Source of the DNA: the human T2T-CHM13v2.0 reference genome, Homo sapiens
Assembly: GCF_009914755.1 (NCBI RefSeq)
Contig: NC_060927.1
Direction: 5' to 3' (one strand)
Length of the DNA stretch: 64,000 nucleotides
In this document: piece by piece, positions 63,230 to 64,000 of the stretch
How the letters are laid out: the number at the start of each line of letters is the position of its first letter
Numbering within the stretch: the stretch's first letter is position 1
Notes under the pieces: model-generated
What the model was told of the DNA's origin: nothing
Databases searched by the model: none
The model's input: only the letters and a program-made list of their open reading frames with translations
Translations under genes and position numbers: made by a program

Positions 63230-63960
63230 TATCTGACATTCTCTGGGTGAGCCCAGGCATCTCAAACTCAACATTTCTATAAGTGAATTTGTGATCTTTC
63301 TTCCCATTCCAATCTACTCCTTTTCCTGGGTTCCGCAAATGGCACCACCGACCTCTTAGCTACCAGGTCACGAACCTGAGTAACATCTTTGATACTCCCT
63401 CCTCTCTCATTTGCAACCCTTCGTCAACAAGTTCTGCCTGTTCCTCACCGTAAATATCTCTATCTCATCCTTCTCTGCTACTACATACTCAAATTTGAGC
63501 CTAAAGTAATCTCTAGCCCCAATGATTATACAATAGCCTGCTAATTAGGCTCCTGACTTCTACTTTCACCCTGCTACAATATATTTTCCACCTCGTACAC
63601 CAAAGAGCTCCTCCTAAAATACAAATCATAACAGGCCTCTGCTTAAAACCTCTCAATGATTCCCCAAGACCCTTAAGATAAAGAAAACTCTGTATTATTC
63701 CCATTTTTTGAAGGGGAGCCTAAGAATTAATTAGGTTAAGTGACTGGCTTAAGATAATTGAGCTAGGATGGTGGAGTTGGGATTGAAGCTTGCAGGGTCC
63801 CAAGTTCTTAATTATCATGCTATCTTCTTAACAAAGCTTTCAAATTCCTTCATGATCTGGCCTCAGTTTCTGCATTCCCATCTCTTACTACTCCCTTCAC
63901 TTGATTTCTACACTCTAGCTCTAAAAAAATCATTTCAGTTCCTCAAAGGAACCAGGCTGT
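63230..63960. mobile_element. L2 fragments (with a MIR-like insert) in ALG3 intron 1
   Basis: ggcatctcaaactcaacat, aatggcaccacc, ctgcttaaaacctctcaatg and ccttcatgatctggcc are typical L2 motifs. Confidence 0.65.
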
Positions 63961-64000
63961 CTTCTTTTTTTTTTTTTTTTGACAGAGTCTCACTCTGTCA

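Overview
Human (primate) genomic DNA that I recognise as the 3q27.1 cluster AP2M1 - ABCF3 - VWA5B2 (hosting MIR1224) - ALG3. In order it holds the last coding exon and 3'UTR of AP2M1 (+), then the complete 21-exon ABCF3 gene (+; exons join to 2130 nt, 709 aa). About 33 kb of intergenic DNA follows, packed with roughly 60 Alus plus L1, MIR, MLT2 and MER elements. Next comes VWA5B2 (+; 19 coding exons joining to 3729 nt, 1242 aa), whose last intron is the mirtron miR-1224, and exons 2-9 of ALG3 (-), tail-to-tail with VWA5B2. No new protein-coding gene or CRISPR-like system is supported; the long extra ORFs come from repeats or CpG islands. The most interesting signals are in RNA processing: (1) an AT-AC U12 intron in ALG3 with a perfect U2 donor 22 nt inside it and an in-frame stop between the two donors, a candidate minor-spliceosome-sensing poison switch; (2) a mirtron-like hairpin ending exactly at the ALG3 intron-2 acceptor; (3) a very weak GC donor in VWA5B2 whose intron carries a 23-unit CA-rich 30-bp VNTR; (4) a 5'-inverted (twin-primed) AluY; (5) a same-strand cluster of CTGCRGBGAYG motifs upstream of VWA5B2. 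Gene names rest on recognising the translated sequence, with no database search. Repeat subfamilies and boundaries are approximate.
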